Positions 1-14,569 of a stretch of DNA of 64,000 nt are shown here, in pieces. The stretch comes from Octopus vulgaris (lineage: Eukaryota): assembly GCA_951406725.2 (NCBI GenBank), contig OX597822.1:71796001-71860000 (forward strand). Direction: 5' to 3'. A model generated the notes under the pieces. The model did not search any database. It was not told where the DNA came from and worked only from the letters and a program-made list of their open reading frames with translations. How positions within the stretch are numbered: the stretch's first letter is position 1; every line of letters starts with the position of its first letter. The translations under genes and the position numbers were made by a program.

Positions 1-700
1 TCAAAAATAACCATCGTACCACTCCTTCCTAAACACGAACGACACCCAGCTAGAGCCCTCATTGTTGCACCAAATACTAGGCTTCACTATTACTGCAGAT
101 ATTAACTGGGACCACATAACAGAGGGTGGCCCTTCTCTTCATAGCCTAAAAGTATTTCTGACCCTACCAGTTGTTGACTTCATACGAAGTTCACGTGCGA
201 TCCGCATCAGACTTCTACGCAAAATTATTTTGGGGTGCATCCAAGGAAGGGCTGCGCAATGATTAGCACCAAATTCTTCAAAGCTATGCTCCAACCTCTG
301 ACCTACAAGCATGTTATCCCCTTTCCTCTCTCTATCCCTCTCTCCCCTCTCTCTTTCTCTCTCTCTCTCACTTTCTCACTTTCTCTGTCTCTCTCTCTCT
401 TTCTCTCTCGCTCGCTCGCTCTGCTTTTCTGTCGCTATTATAAGGGATTCTATTCTTCAGAGTTGGTCGGTCATGTACGTCTCCTTCTTAGTTATTTCCC
501 ACTCAATTGGCCCTTCTCCTCTCATGAACCTTGTTGAGTCCAACCTCCCAGACCGTGCATTAATCACCTTTCTTCTTAATCCATCTTTCCGAGGTCATCC
601 GACCATGGGCCTCTAGAATCCCCTCTGCTCATGTCTTTCCTACGAATATTGGTTTGCACCAGTTTAAATTGAACGTTAGCAGCATCAACTTTCATCGGTC
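1..700 (+). mobile_element. Degenerate CR1/Jockey-group LINE, RT C-terminal region, interrupted by (CT)n
   Basis: Fragments ILGFTITADINWDHI, LGCIQGRAA, LQPLTYKH..SLALLFCRYYKGFYSSEL resemble the CR1-type tail LQPLxHRR..SLSLFYRYYxGxCSSEL. Confidence 0.6.
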
Positions 701-1651
701 TCGGAGGGTGGGCAAAGATCATGGACACCGACTTTTCTCAAGATCCAGCAAGCGAAAAGAAAGTTGTAGTAAACCAATTTTGCATTTGCTTTTGTCTTTT
801 TGTCTGAAGGATTATATATAATTATAAGATCTTTGCTTAAATTGACTTTTTGTCATGCTTATGTAAACTTTATGTTTATTTCTATGTTAGATTCTACATA
901 AATGACTTGAATCTCATAAACTATTGCTTTTACGTTGCAAGATTTGTCTAAGGAGCATATATTTAAATTCTAGTGTGAACATGTGCCTTCAGCTTTATGA
1001 CTGGTTATGAGAGATGTACTATGCATACTGCTAGTGCTGATACAACTAATTTTATGACTGTGTTTGTTCTCTAGTTCTGAAAGTTCTAAAGATCTATCTG
1101 GTCAACCGCCTACATTTCATTGCCAACTCAGTAATATGTACATAGAAGGATGCATCACCACTAATAGCAATGCCCAGGTCACGCACTGGTTGTGATTTTA
1201 GAACTACAACCCCTCCAGGTCCAGTGTATTTTGTCTGCTTCGTATTTAACTTTGTTAGCTGATAGCCTAGGGCTTAGAACTTTCCACAATTAAACTATGT
1301 TATTGTCGTCAGCCCACTTCTTTTTCTCTGTATATTTGGTCAGGATTGCTGCGTTTGTCTGATAGAATAAGGATATCTCTTGCTATATCCCATTTTATTT
1401 TTAGTGAAAAGGCTGTGTCAATCATACTATATTTCGATAAGACCTTTTCCATTGGGTTGAGGACGGGATGCGAGATGTAATTATATTTCTAAATCCACTA
1501 GTTAAGAAAGTTTTACAGTAGCTAGGGCTGTTTATTAAATATTTTATTGTTGCAGGAAAGCCTGAAGATTTTCTCCGTCACAAAATACAGTGAATAGCTT
1601 TCTTACGGGTTCGAACGTGCCTCGAATGTACTTGAATTGGTAACAAGTTTG

Positions 1652-2772
<1,121 letters not shown>

Positions 2773-3499
2773 GTACCAGCTTGGCACTGGGGTTGATGCA
2801 ATAAGCTAACCCAACCCCCGAACTTACTGGCCGTGTGCCAAAAATTTGAAATAGATATAGATATATATACACACATACACAAATATATACACTTGTACAT
2901 GTAACATGTAAGCGTCCTTGGATGTGCATTCTTCTTCTACATACACACATATACACACACGCACGCACGCACGCACACGTACACATGAATAAATTACATT
3001 GTTTTAGGCTAAACAGCTAGTTCAAGTTAAATTTTTTTCTTTCGTTTTGGTTGCTTGATTTTTTCTTTCTTTCTTCCTTTCATTGTCAGATAGGCAGATG
3101 ACATATTTTCTGGAAAATACTTAATAATGGTTGAAAAACACAACACAAAACATTAGAATTAACAGCAAATATACACGGTTGTGTCTGACGACATTAAAAG
3201 TAAGAATAATGAAGACGATGCAGAAAGAAGGAAAAGAAAAAAATATATATACTAATAATAATGATGATGTTGATGATGATGATGATGATGATGATAATAA
3301 TAATAGTAATAATAGTAATAATAATGATGATGATGATAATAATGATAATAATAATGATTGTTCTTGAGAAGTGGGAGAAGTAAAAAGTAACTAAGTAACT
3401 GGAGGATTTCTTCCAAACAACAAACAATGGCTTCTAGCTGTTTATGGTTCTTTGGGAATTATATTATATTTCTTCTTTCCCTCATATGTAGTATGTGGG

Positions 3500-3909
3500 C
3501 ATGTGTGTGTGTATGTATGTTTGTATGTATGTATGTATGTATGTATGTATGTATGTATATATATTGTATATATATATATATTATATATATATATACATAT
3601 ATATACACACACATATATATGTATATATATACATACACATATATATATATACATATACATATATATACACATATATACACATATATATATACATATACAA
3701 ACACACGCACACATACATATATACATATCTACATATATAATACATATATATATATACATATATAAATATACATACATATATAAATGTATATATATATATA
3801 CATATACATATATATACATACAGATATACATATATATACATATACATACACACATATACATATATACGTATATATACATATATAAATATATATATATATA
3901 AATGTATAT

Positions 3910-3943
<34 letters not shown>

Positions 3944-3965
3944 ATATATACATATATATTTATAT
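3500..3965. repeat. Degenerate (TA/CA/TATG)n microsatellite field
   Basis: Direct reading; explains the overlapping YI/MYVC ORFs. Confidence 0.97.
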
Positions 3966-4360
3966 ACTTTACCATGTGTTATGTATTATATGTACATACG
4001 CGTGTATATAATTATGTAAATTTAAATATATTTACGTATATATATATATATATATATATGTAAATACATATGTGTGTGTGAGTGTGTACATGCGTTTGTA
4101 TATGTATACATATAGACATACATATAAGTACACACTTATATAACTAAAACACAAATACGTACGCATACATACACACACTTGCCAAAAAAAAAAAAAGAAA
4201 GAGCATATAAATACCCTTACATCAACTCCCATCTTCTAAGAAAAAAACATACATAAACCACACATACAAACATGTTGACAAATCTAGTTTGTTGTTTGCG
4301 AAATTAGCCTGAAGCAGATTAAAATACAAAGTTTGTTAGAATTCCGTTTCATTCTTTTAC

Positions 4361-4417
<57 letters not shown>

Positions 4418-4437
4418 CATTGTTGTTGTTGTTGTTG

Positions 4438-4508
<71 letters not shown>

Positions 4509-4642
4509 GGTAAAATAAAATCTCTGACAAAGATACTGAGATGTTCACAATTTTTAAAATTATTTTTGTTCATTTTTACATATATATTTTTTTTATTTAT
4601 TAAGATTTATTATTATTTTTCTTTTAAGTATGTGACATTCAG

Positions 4643-4756
4643 GTTATTGTTTAAAATCTTTTATGATATCAGAGCAAAATTGTATGTAAAACTTGGAATT
4701 TGTAAGAAATGCAATCGCACTGTTAGCTATGTTCAAGCAATACAAGACCAAGAAAG
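4643..4756 (+). other. Candidate internal coding exon (114 bp, symmetric phase) of an unidentified gene
   Basis: ttcag| acceptor, AAG|gtaat donor, length divisible by 3, open frame LLFKIFYDIRAKLYVKLGICKKCNRTVSYVQAIQDQE; no recognisable homology. Confidence 0.3.
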
Positions 4757-6960
4757 GTAATATGCATATACATTCACATGCACACAAGCACACAGGTACA
4801 CACACACACGCACACACACATACGCACACACGTATACACAATACACACACATAGAAATATATGTTGCTATGCATGTATATGCTTATATATACATGCATGA
4901 TCGAATCGATCATGCGAGACATTTTGGTGTTTCGGTGACAATTCACTTCATTAGCCGCTGTTGAACTAATGTTAGTCATAAAACGTCTAGCATTTGTTGA
5001 CGCCATGATGGAATTGTACGTATATCGAGCAAGAAATGACAAAGTAACAAAATAGTTGCTTTATATATCAATGAGAAATATCAATTGTCTAAGGTATAAC
5101 CGGAACTATACACTAGATAGACGCACATGAATCTAAGGAGTATTAAATCGTCTAATCGAGATTTGGGATGCGGTGCAAAGACGTCTTTTTAAGCATCCCT
5201 GTGAACAGTAAACTAAATACACGCACACACATTCATTGGCAGAAAAAGAGCGTTTTAACTGACTAGTTTCTAGTGATCTTGGACTAGTTTCTGGTTTTCT
5301 TAGACTTTCACCAGAGAAAGAATACTTATATCATTAAAGAGATTAATAGCTTCTAGCTTTAATTTTTTTCTGTAGTGTATACTAACTCGGATACAGCTAA
5401 ATTCGTCTGAGTAACTTGTATAGAAGTGCATGCATTATCAATTTAATAATTTGCAATGACAAAAAAAACGTATTTCTTCGAAAATCGTTTGGCGTTAGTG
5501 TCATGATTCAGAACGAACATTTCACTGAAAATTGTTTGCTGCTTAGTCTAGTAGCACAAATTTCGACATGCCTTTGAAAAATTGCTTACCGTCAGTATTA
5601 TGTTCCATATCGAACGCCGGATTCATTAATACTACCGAAACGGAATTCGGGATTATTCACCTCAGATATGAACTGTGTCAACAATGAAGCATATTCGTGC
5701 ATAAATTAATTTAATTATGCTGTTAATATAAAAGGCCTATGCAATATTTGCCGTTAGTTCTCTTGTATTGATTAGTTTTGAAATCTGTCACGTTATAATA
5801 GAGTGTGTCGCCCGAGGTGTAGCCAGCAGTGAGACTTCCTTTCGTCGGATGTAATAGCTTTTCACATCCACAGCCATTGCAGCTTCAGTAGTTATAAGCT
5901 ACACATCTCTCGAAAAGTTAGATACACACGACTTCAGTCGAAGGCAAACTTAGCAGCCATTGCCCGCAGCCTTTTGTCAGATGTAACAGCCTTACTATCA
6001 TAGTCATAATAATAGATGGATATGTTCGAGGCTGATTCGAACCCATAAATAACAAGTTTGCATTTATTGTCAAACTAAATTCAATAGCTTATTACAAACT
6101 CACACGTTTTCGAGAAGTCAGCATAAATAATCTTGCTACACGTCTTTCGAAAAAATTAAATGAACATGGCGTCGGTCGAAGGTAACTTTACAATCATCGC
6201 TTACATCCTTCTATTAGAGCCAGCATATTTTGCAATCACAGTCACTGTAACTTCATAGCTATTACAATCCTACGCATCCTTCGGCAAATCGTCATGAATA
6301 TTTAATTCACAGTATATCATTTTCTCCTAACTTTCCGTTAAAAACTGTATGTGTAGTTTCCCTCCTCTTTCACTGCAGTGACATTATCCGCACTAACCAC
6401 TTTGACATTTACAGAAGAACATTAATAGATGAACATCATATAAAGTGCATTTTCCACCACATACAAATTACTCAATTCACTTTACAAAGACATTTATGTA
6501 AACTTCGCTTTCATAAACGTTGTAAATCTGAAACTCAATTTTCTATGCTTGAATTGCTGTCCATTTCCCAACCGGTACACCTTTACAATCTCTGTTAGAA
6601 CGCGTTTAGTTTTACTACTATGAATTATTTACCTATGTAGTTTGGGCGACGGTTAAATAAAACTGATGTATATACATACATACGTACGTACATACGTAGA
6701 TACATACATACATACATACATACATACATACATACATACATACATACATACATACATACATACATACGTACATAGGTACGTACGTACATACATACATACA
6801 TACATACGTACATACGTACATACATACATACATACATACAGACAGACCTACAGACCGAGACAGACATACGTACATACATACGTGCATGTATACATATATT
6901 CGCATACATCTAGTTATCTATACTCTATCTCCTCTCTCTATTCCCCCTCACTCCTCTCTC

Positions 6961-7011
<51 letters not shown>

Positions 7012-7558
7012 ACACGCACACAAACGTATATACAAGACGTTGAAACAAGGATGGAGAATTTCACATCCACAAAGCTTGTTACAGTTTTATATACAATAAA
7101 TTCACTTTAAATTTCTGTCCAGCACATGTTTTTACTGTGTTGATTATCCTAGGATGTACTATCCAGTCTTCAAGGACTCGTAATAGTAACACCCATTATA
7201 AAGCTGCATAGCTACATTCGTCTTGGATAACACTACAATGCGACTGAACCGACAGAATGCAACTGGATACCACATCCTAAGATATCTATGCAGTAGAAAC
7301 ACGTGTCAGACAGAAATCTAAAGAGTATATAGTATATAAAAGACTAATAAACAGGTTTTGTAGATGTTCAATTCTTCATCTTTATTTTAACAACTGAAAT
7401 ATACACACTGTATACTATATTAAATGCAAAGAAGCGAACTCAGTATTTACCCATTGGATGAAATGCTGTGTGATTGTTTACCTTACACAATTTCCTGTAT
7501 TTCATATCATCTGATGTGGTTTGACAGGCTCTGGATTATACTAGAGTGCTTGTGTATA

Positions 7559-7648
<90 letters not shown>

Positions 7649-7703
7649 CATATATACACATACATATATCTACTCTCACTATATATATATATATATATAT
7701 ATA

Positions 7704-8056
7704 CGTTTATATATTTGTTGTGCAAGATTTTTTATGTGAAGTCGTGTGTTGAAACAGATATTGTTATATTTCGTAATGGTCATTTTGCCAGTTTACCCAA
7801 TAAAGCATGCGCAAATGAAGACATACAATAGAAATACAAAATGGCTGATGGTTAGTAAGGCGAGACACAAAAAAGAAAGAAGAAAACAAAGAACCACTGA
7901 TGCAGTCACAGGAGTGTGACGAAAGAACTCTGGCCGAAATTAGATTAAGATTAATGCAAAAAATAAATAACACTGAAGCAAAATAACACCAAATATATAG
8001 TGCGTGTGTTTTTATTGGCTAAACTGGCAAAATGACCATTCCGAAATATAACAATA
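7704..8056. mobile_element. Miniature Penelope-like insertion made of two inverted pseudo-LTR fragments, flanked by (TA)n
   Basis: 7704-7804 matches 21401-21500; 7803-8056 matches 22829-23082; the two arms are in opposite orientation. Confidence 0.85.
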
Positions 8057-8097
8057 TATATATATATTTTTATATATTTAAATCTTCACTATATATA

Positions 8098-9060
8098 TTT
8101 TTGTCAATTCTTCAGCTAAAACAGTCTCCAGTTCTTGTAGTGATGATGGTGGAGAATATCGAATCCTTACTTGTTTTTCGAAAAGGCACCATAAATGTTC
8201 AATAATATTGAGATCTGGGGACTGTGGTGGCCAGATAAGATGTTGAACTTCACTAGAATGTTCCTCGTGCCATTCAGTAACAACTTTAGCTGTGTGAATT
8301 GGTGCATTATCATGCTGAAAGGTTGCGTTGGAAGAAAGCAGTGTGGGTTAAATGCTTCTTTTGTTGTCTCCACACGTATACTCGGCTGATGGTCGGAAAT
8401 AAGGTAAAGGATGACTCGTCCGAGAAAATAACATTCTTCCACTGCTCTACGGCCCAATTCTGTAGGTTTTTATTCCACTTTAAATGCTTTACAACATTTG
8501 CTTTTGGAAGTAGTGGTTTTCTGATTGCAGCCCTCCTGTGAAATCCAGCTTTGTGCAGCTCTCGGCGAACAGTTTTTGTGGAAACTGGGTTCTCGGGGTG
8601 GTCATTAAGCTCTGCAGTAATTTTGGGAGCTGTACTTTCGTGATCCTTTCTTCCAATTCGCGTAAGAGTTCGACGGTCCCTGTCTGAAAGTTTCGTTTTT
8701 TTTCGGAGTTTTGTTTCGACGGAGAGGTTTTTCCCTCCTTCTCAAAGGCTATCATTACTTTTGAGACCGTACTTCTTGATACACCGAACATTTCAACTGT
8801 TTTCGTTACGCTAGGGCCTGCCATACGAGCACCAACAATGTGACCTCTTTGAAAGTCCGATAGATCTGTCATTTTAATGAATTTTAATTACCTTTTTCTG
8901 ATTATATCTGAAAAGAAACAGCAATTTTATCAAAACATATTAAGCAACACTAATAATGAATCAAAAACATAAAAATAAACAAGCTTTTAACGATTTTATA
9001 GATATTTCAAAATTATGATGCTATGATGCTAGGTGTTTTCATTATTTTGTCCAACCCCTG
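8098..9060 (-). mobile_element. Truncated, frameshifted Tc1-family (DD34E) transposon
   Basis: One TIR (TA-caggggttggacaaaataatgaaaacacc on minus strand); paired-like HTH MTDLSDFQRGHIVGARMAG..VSRSTVSKV; motifs DESSFTLFP, FQHDNAPIHTA, WPPQSPDLNIIE; other end lost. Confidence 0.9.
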
Positions 9061-9485
9061 TATATATACAAGAAGAGAGAAAATGAAGCATGAAAAGATC
9101 AAGAGAAGTCTTAGAAAGAATGAATTTGCAGAAAATGAAAGAGTGTTGCTTGTTATATGTGTAATTTGTGAGAGGAAATGCTTGGGTATGCAGGCCTGGT
9201 CAGCAATCAGAGAACTCACAGGGATCAAGCCCTTGTGAATTGTGATACGGCTATTGTCCAATTCCAACCGATCTTGCCACATTTAGAAAGTTCCTAATTT
9301 CTAAATCATTCTGGTTTGCATGTATAGCAACTATGACAGCATGTCTTTTAATTCTTTGAGTTAGCATGATATCTTGAAAGAGTTATCGGGAAAAAAATGA
9401 TGCACTAAATAATTTGAAGGCGTAATGAAATAAAAACGAAATGTCCTCAAATACTCATCGCCCTCTGTATTTGTATATAGATATA

Positions 9486-10712
9486 TTGGGTTGGCAACTA
9501 AGTTCCCGCCGTTTTTTTTAAATTTTGGAATCTATTGCGTTTTTAAATTTTGGAATCTATTTTTTTTTCTAGTTAACTTTAGTTAATTTTTGTTCACTTT
9601 CAGATCATTAAAATGGAATGTCAAGTTAAGAAAAACGAGCATTTTCGACACCTCCTTCTTTTTGCTTTTAATCAAGGTTCTAAAGCCGCAAAAGCTGCTC
9701 GCGACATTTGTGCTGTGTATGGAGACGGTGCTATAGCTGAAAGAACCGCTCGTGATTGGTATGCCAAGTTCAAAAATGAAAATTTTGACCTCAAAGACAC
9801 ACCTCGTTCTGGCTGTCCAGTTGGGTTCGATGAAGAGCGATTAAACCAACTTTTGCACGAAAATTCTCGTCAAACGACAAGGGAACTGGCAGAAAAAAAC
9901 GGAATGATCCCACACTGTTATAGAGAAGCATGTTCTATCGATGGGAAAGGTTCAGAAATATTGAGCATGGGCTCCGCATGCTTTAAGTGGCAACAACAAA
10001 AATCAACGAGCCGCTGGTTTGCTTGCTCGTCACCGCTCAACTCATGGATACAAGCAACGATTTCTTTACCGAATCGTTACTGGCGACGAAAAATGGTGCC
10101 TGTACATCAATATAAAGCAGCGTAAGGAATGGCTTAGCCTCGGTAAACAAGCGACACGGCGCGTGAAACAAGATCTTCATCTGCATAAAACGATGTTGTG
10201 CGTATGGTGGGACTGGGAAGGGATTATCCATTAAGATATCCATTGCTTGAACGGAACCAAACGGTCAACAGATGGAACGACTCAACACGGCTATTCAAGA
10301 GAAAAGATCTAATCGGCAGCATGGAGCTCTTCTGCTGCACGACAGCACCCGCCCTCATATCGTCAATATGACCAAGGAAGCCATTCAAACGCAAGGCTGG
10401 GAAGTGCTGTCACACCCGCTGTACTCTCCTGATTTGGCACCAACGGATTTCCACCTTTTTCGATCTCTTTCAAATGCTGTGCGTGGAGTTTCGTTCAATA
10501 CTGGTGCAGGATTGAGAGGTTGGTTGGATCAACTTTTCGAGTCAAAATCAGGTGATTTTTACAATCGAGGTATTGAAAATCTTGTTGAACGTTGGGAAGA
10601 AGTTGTAAACAACAAGGGTGAATACATTATCTATTAATTAGTTGTTATCTTATATTAAAGCTTTTAAAACTTTTAGATTTAAAAAACGGCGGTATCTTAG
10701 TTGCCAACCCAA
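9486..10712 (+). mobile_element. Near full-length mariner transposon (mellifera-subfamily-like TIR), frameshifted transposase
   Basis: TIRs ttgggttggcaactaag / cttagttgccaacccaa with TA TSD on both sides; ORF pieces 9613-10637 with HFRHLLLFAF, IVTGDEKW, LLHDSTRPH, YSPDLAPTDFHLF. Confidence 0.96.
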
Positions 10713-10736
10713 TATATATATATATATTTATGTATG

Positions 10737-10780
<44 letters not shown>

Positions 10781-10838
10781 ATTATAATATATATTATATA
10801 TATATATATATATACGCATTATATATAAAAAAAAAAAA

Positions 10839-10895
<57 letters not shown>

Positions 10896-11589
10896 GGATT
10901 TAATTGTAACACAGTAATTCGAAGCCGCCGACAGTATATGCTTACAAGAGTCTTTCCGACTTGATCGTCCAACAATGCAACGCCTTGTCATGTTGTTTAT
11001 TACAACTTATTAACATGTTACATCATCATTATACATGATGCCTTAAGGTCATTCCCATCACAGACTCTACAATAGAGACAATCCCGCGAGCTCTAATAGA
11101 AAATCGGATTTCTCGATTTGATTCTCTTACTATCACACACGACAATGGGAAGCATGCTACATTGACAGTTTCTTTGTTTCAGCGCTGAACCATCTTGTGA
11201 TGTTGCCTAATATGAACAACCAAGCACACTCCATGTATGGCTGCTTTTACCCAGCTCCACAACGCCCATAAAACCATAATTTAAAACGTGACAGCCACTC
11301 CCGTGTTTTGCACAGGTCATAAGCACATTCCTAACTGCAGCTGATTCTTTTGATCTTTTTCCAAAAGGATATACCTACCAAATTTCCAAAACCCTCCTTT
11401 CTTTCACTGTTCAGCCATGATAGGTTTGTAAGCAGTTCCCCTGCAGAGGAAACTTCCACCTTTGCTTCTTACTTTGTGTCCAACTTCGCATTGCTTACAT
11501 AAGGAAATCTCCTCTAAAACTCTCTTTCCACTCTATCTGTTTCACCATTACGTACACGTGCATGTTAACTGTCACTCTTCGATCCAACA

Positions 11590-12040
11590 TCCGAAAGTTG
11601 ACTCTCATTAACGACCGCCTTGAACATTTTGAATCCTTTTCGCTCCGTGATGACCACGCGTTCCACTTCCGTAAAGCCTCATCTACTGAGGGCCTATTCT
11701 CACATGTTACTCAAATGTAGGGTCCGCGCCCTCGAAGAGTTCAATGTAAACTGTTGATGACAGTTGTTGTACTTGAGACCGGTTAAGTTTTCGGCCGTCT
11801 CTAGAACGCTAATCTCATAGCAAATTTTCTTGCCTTTAACTTAATTCTTCCCTTGGATTGGTGACTTCCTGCTAGATGGCATTATCGCAGCGTGTGCTGA
11901 TGGCACTTTCTCTGATCTACATTCTGTTAAATCTGATGTGGCCCAAGATTCGGATTTGTCCACTACGCTCTTCTTCCTGAGCACCAACGACCTACTTCCC
12001 GTCATCTCTGTCAATTCCCTCTCCTGTATCTCATTCGTTA
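11590..12040 (+). mobile_element. Highly degenerate CR1/Jockey-group LINE RT core fragment
   Basis: LINDRLEHFESFSLRDDHAFHFRKASST and WIGDFL..DGTFSDLHSVKSDVAQDSDLSTTLFFLSTNDLL follow the RT pattern QYGFRK.RST / SGVPQGSVLSPTLFLLFINDL. Confidence 0.6.
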
Positions 12041-12324
12041 CTCCTTAACTTTCCACATTCACGCGCAATTACAGGCGACCTCAGATTATACGAAGAGAGA
12101 TCTCGGAAACATTCTTCAGTGCAGTGAAGAATGGAGATGGTGTGACACCCGCCAATTCTAAGATGCAAGGGCCATCATAGTAGCACTAGAAAAAATACCT
12201 TTGTATGCGGTCTCGTATGTATGTGCACAAATATGGATATCATTGCACGTATAAATATATGTTTTGACTAACGTAATTGTTCACAAACATATATTTGTAT
12301 GTATATATAAGTGTATACACTTAT

Positions 12325-13900
12325 TGCATGCTAAATTTCTGAAATGTTTTACATATTTTTATTGTACCGTTGATGATTTATATTTGTAATTAATTAACTG
12401 TGTTTTATGTGGTTTTATGAAACTTGGCTTCTCAAGATTAATGTTGGAACAGTTAGTTATTGGGTTGTCCGGAAAGTTCGTGCCAATTTTTTAAGGAAAG
12501 AAAAAGGTCAATAAATACTTGCCATTACATTTTTAATCAACCAAATATGAACCATTTTGTTGCACAATGCGTCTCCATCTTTCCTTTAACTTGAATATAC
12601 CCTCTTCCCAGAATTGAGGTGGTTTCATGGTTAAGAATCCATCAAGGTATCTTTTTACGTCATCCAGGGAATTGAAATTTTTACCATTAAGACTATTCTG
12701 CAGAGACCTGAATAAGTGGAAATCCGAAGGAGCAATATCTGGTGAATATGGAGGGTGGGGTAACACATCCCAGCCGAGCTGCAGCAATTTTTGTCTGGTT
12801 TCCAAAGCATCAAGTGCTGAAAATGAACTTTCTTATCTTCCATTATAAAGGGTTACAGAATTAACACAGGTTATAGGAACATAAACCTTCTTCCACGAAA
12901 AGATAGCTTAAACTGTGCTCTAAATGGAGGTGTAGTCAAATCCTATTTTATAGACGCAACCATGTTCTAAAATAAGTCGAGAGGTAAGCTACTATAAATT
13001 GACTCGAACTTTCCGGACAACCCAATACATATCCATACATCAAATCTAAAGCTTTCGTCCTGGTAGAGTATCTGTAGAATATTCATTCGATCAGCAGAGT
13101 TATATTCTTCTTCACCAGTATTTAGCCTTATGTAAGCATCTGTTGGGTAACTTAATTTCAGTGCTGATCACAGCTTTTTTTTTCCTTAGGTCACAGATTC
13201 CTGTGTCTAACATGTTACGCTTATCTTTTTCTGGAGTTTTTACAGGAACACTTCACATGTATTCTTTCATATTATGAATTATTACGTCCTCTACATCTCT
13301 ATCACTTCTAATAGCATTCTGTATATCTTAACGTGGGTATATTGCAGAAAGTCATACAACTACGGTATTCGTCTCGAGAAAGTATAAGTACAGACGTACA
13401 GCGCTAAAAAACACACCGAGAACACCAACAGCAGACGTAAAACATTCAACAGCGGCCGTGGAATTACTTCGAAGAAGCTGGAATCTACATTTAGATTAAT
13501 ATATAGAGAATGCCATTTTGAACTAATACTACTTCCATTGATAATAATGAATTTTAAATTCAAATATTGTTATCCTGGAGATTTTCTTTCTAGCAGATAA
13601 CATTGTATAATGTTTTGGTCATGACATCGTACCGCATAGACACATATACTGTGATGACATTTTTTGATATAAAAGACATTCTTCGGATTGACTTTACAGT
13701 GTCTGCATTGGCTGCCCCATCTAGGTGTTTTACCTGCATACATGTGTCGCTTTTGCACATCAGGTTATTTCGTCGTAATTTCTTGCTTCTGTATTGGACT
13801 GACGTGCGAAGGAGTGAGAATTCTAAGACACGTGTGTGTATCTTGAACGTAATTTTCATACCGAATTAGTCTGATGCAATATGATCAATCAGGACATTTG
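12325..13900 (-). mobile_element. Degenerate restriction-like-endonuclease LINE (R4/Dong-like) 3' half, interrupted by a mariner derivative and a ~250-bp insert
   Basis: Successive minus-strand fragments IQKQEITTK, CRHCK.., MRYDVMTKTLYN (zinc-knuckle/RHD region), VPVKTPEKDKRN, LQILYQDESFRF and, beyond the mariner, NINLEK..KICKTFQKF. Confidence 0.65.
12460..13025 (-). mobile_element. Non-autonomous mariner deletion derivative (566 bp)
   Basis: TIRs ttgggttgtccggaaagttcg / cgaactttccggacaacccaa with TA TSDs; start MEDKKVHFQHLML joined directly to LGWDVLPHPPYSPDIAPSDFHLFRSLQN.. Confidence 0.95.
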
Positions 13901-14569
13901 AATTGAAAATAGGATCCTTCAGACGGACTTGTATAAAGTTCCCGCCTCAACACTTCCACTCACGTAGCATGGACTGACTTGAATCAATTATAAATGGCAT
14001 TTAACCTAGAATCCAAGGAGTGCGAAACGGGCAAGCCTACGTCATCAAGCACACACAAATAAACACAGACTCACCACACACAAACACGACTGAATTCCAT
14101 TTTGGTAACACAAGTTTCATGCTACAATGATCATCAGGCAAGAACTGCCATTAATCGGTGAATGTGTTCTTTCATATTCATTAGTATGGACGTATAATTC
14201 TCGATTGCACTGGTTGGTCTCTACTGACTTATTTGAAACGTTCCTTTTATTAAAGAGTTCTTTGGGCTTGTTTATTTGATTGCTTAGGTTTTGTTTTGGT
14301 TATTTTATTTCAGTTTTGTTTAGTAAGGAACGTTTCTTCACATTTTTGCCAATATACTGTTTGCTTAAATATTGATTTTTTATACATTTGTTGTTTTTGC
14401 TATTATTTTTATAAACTAATTTGTTAAAAATCCTCATGTATTATTTGAGGATTTTTTAGCTTCCTCGGATCGTTGGCTGTATTCGAATACAAATATCATG
14501 TGGAGTTATAAGGCGGGTTTTTTTTTTCAGGTTTGGGGCTTTTATATTTTATATACTTTCGTCGAGTTT

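Noticed and set aside
5140-5190. LIEIWDAVQRRL, reminiscent of a Tc1 C-terminus
   Set aside because: Too short, and no TIR or other motif supports it.
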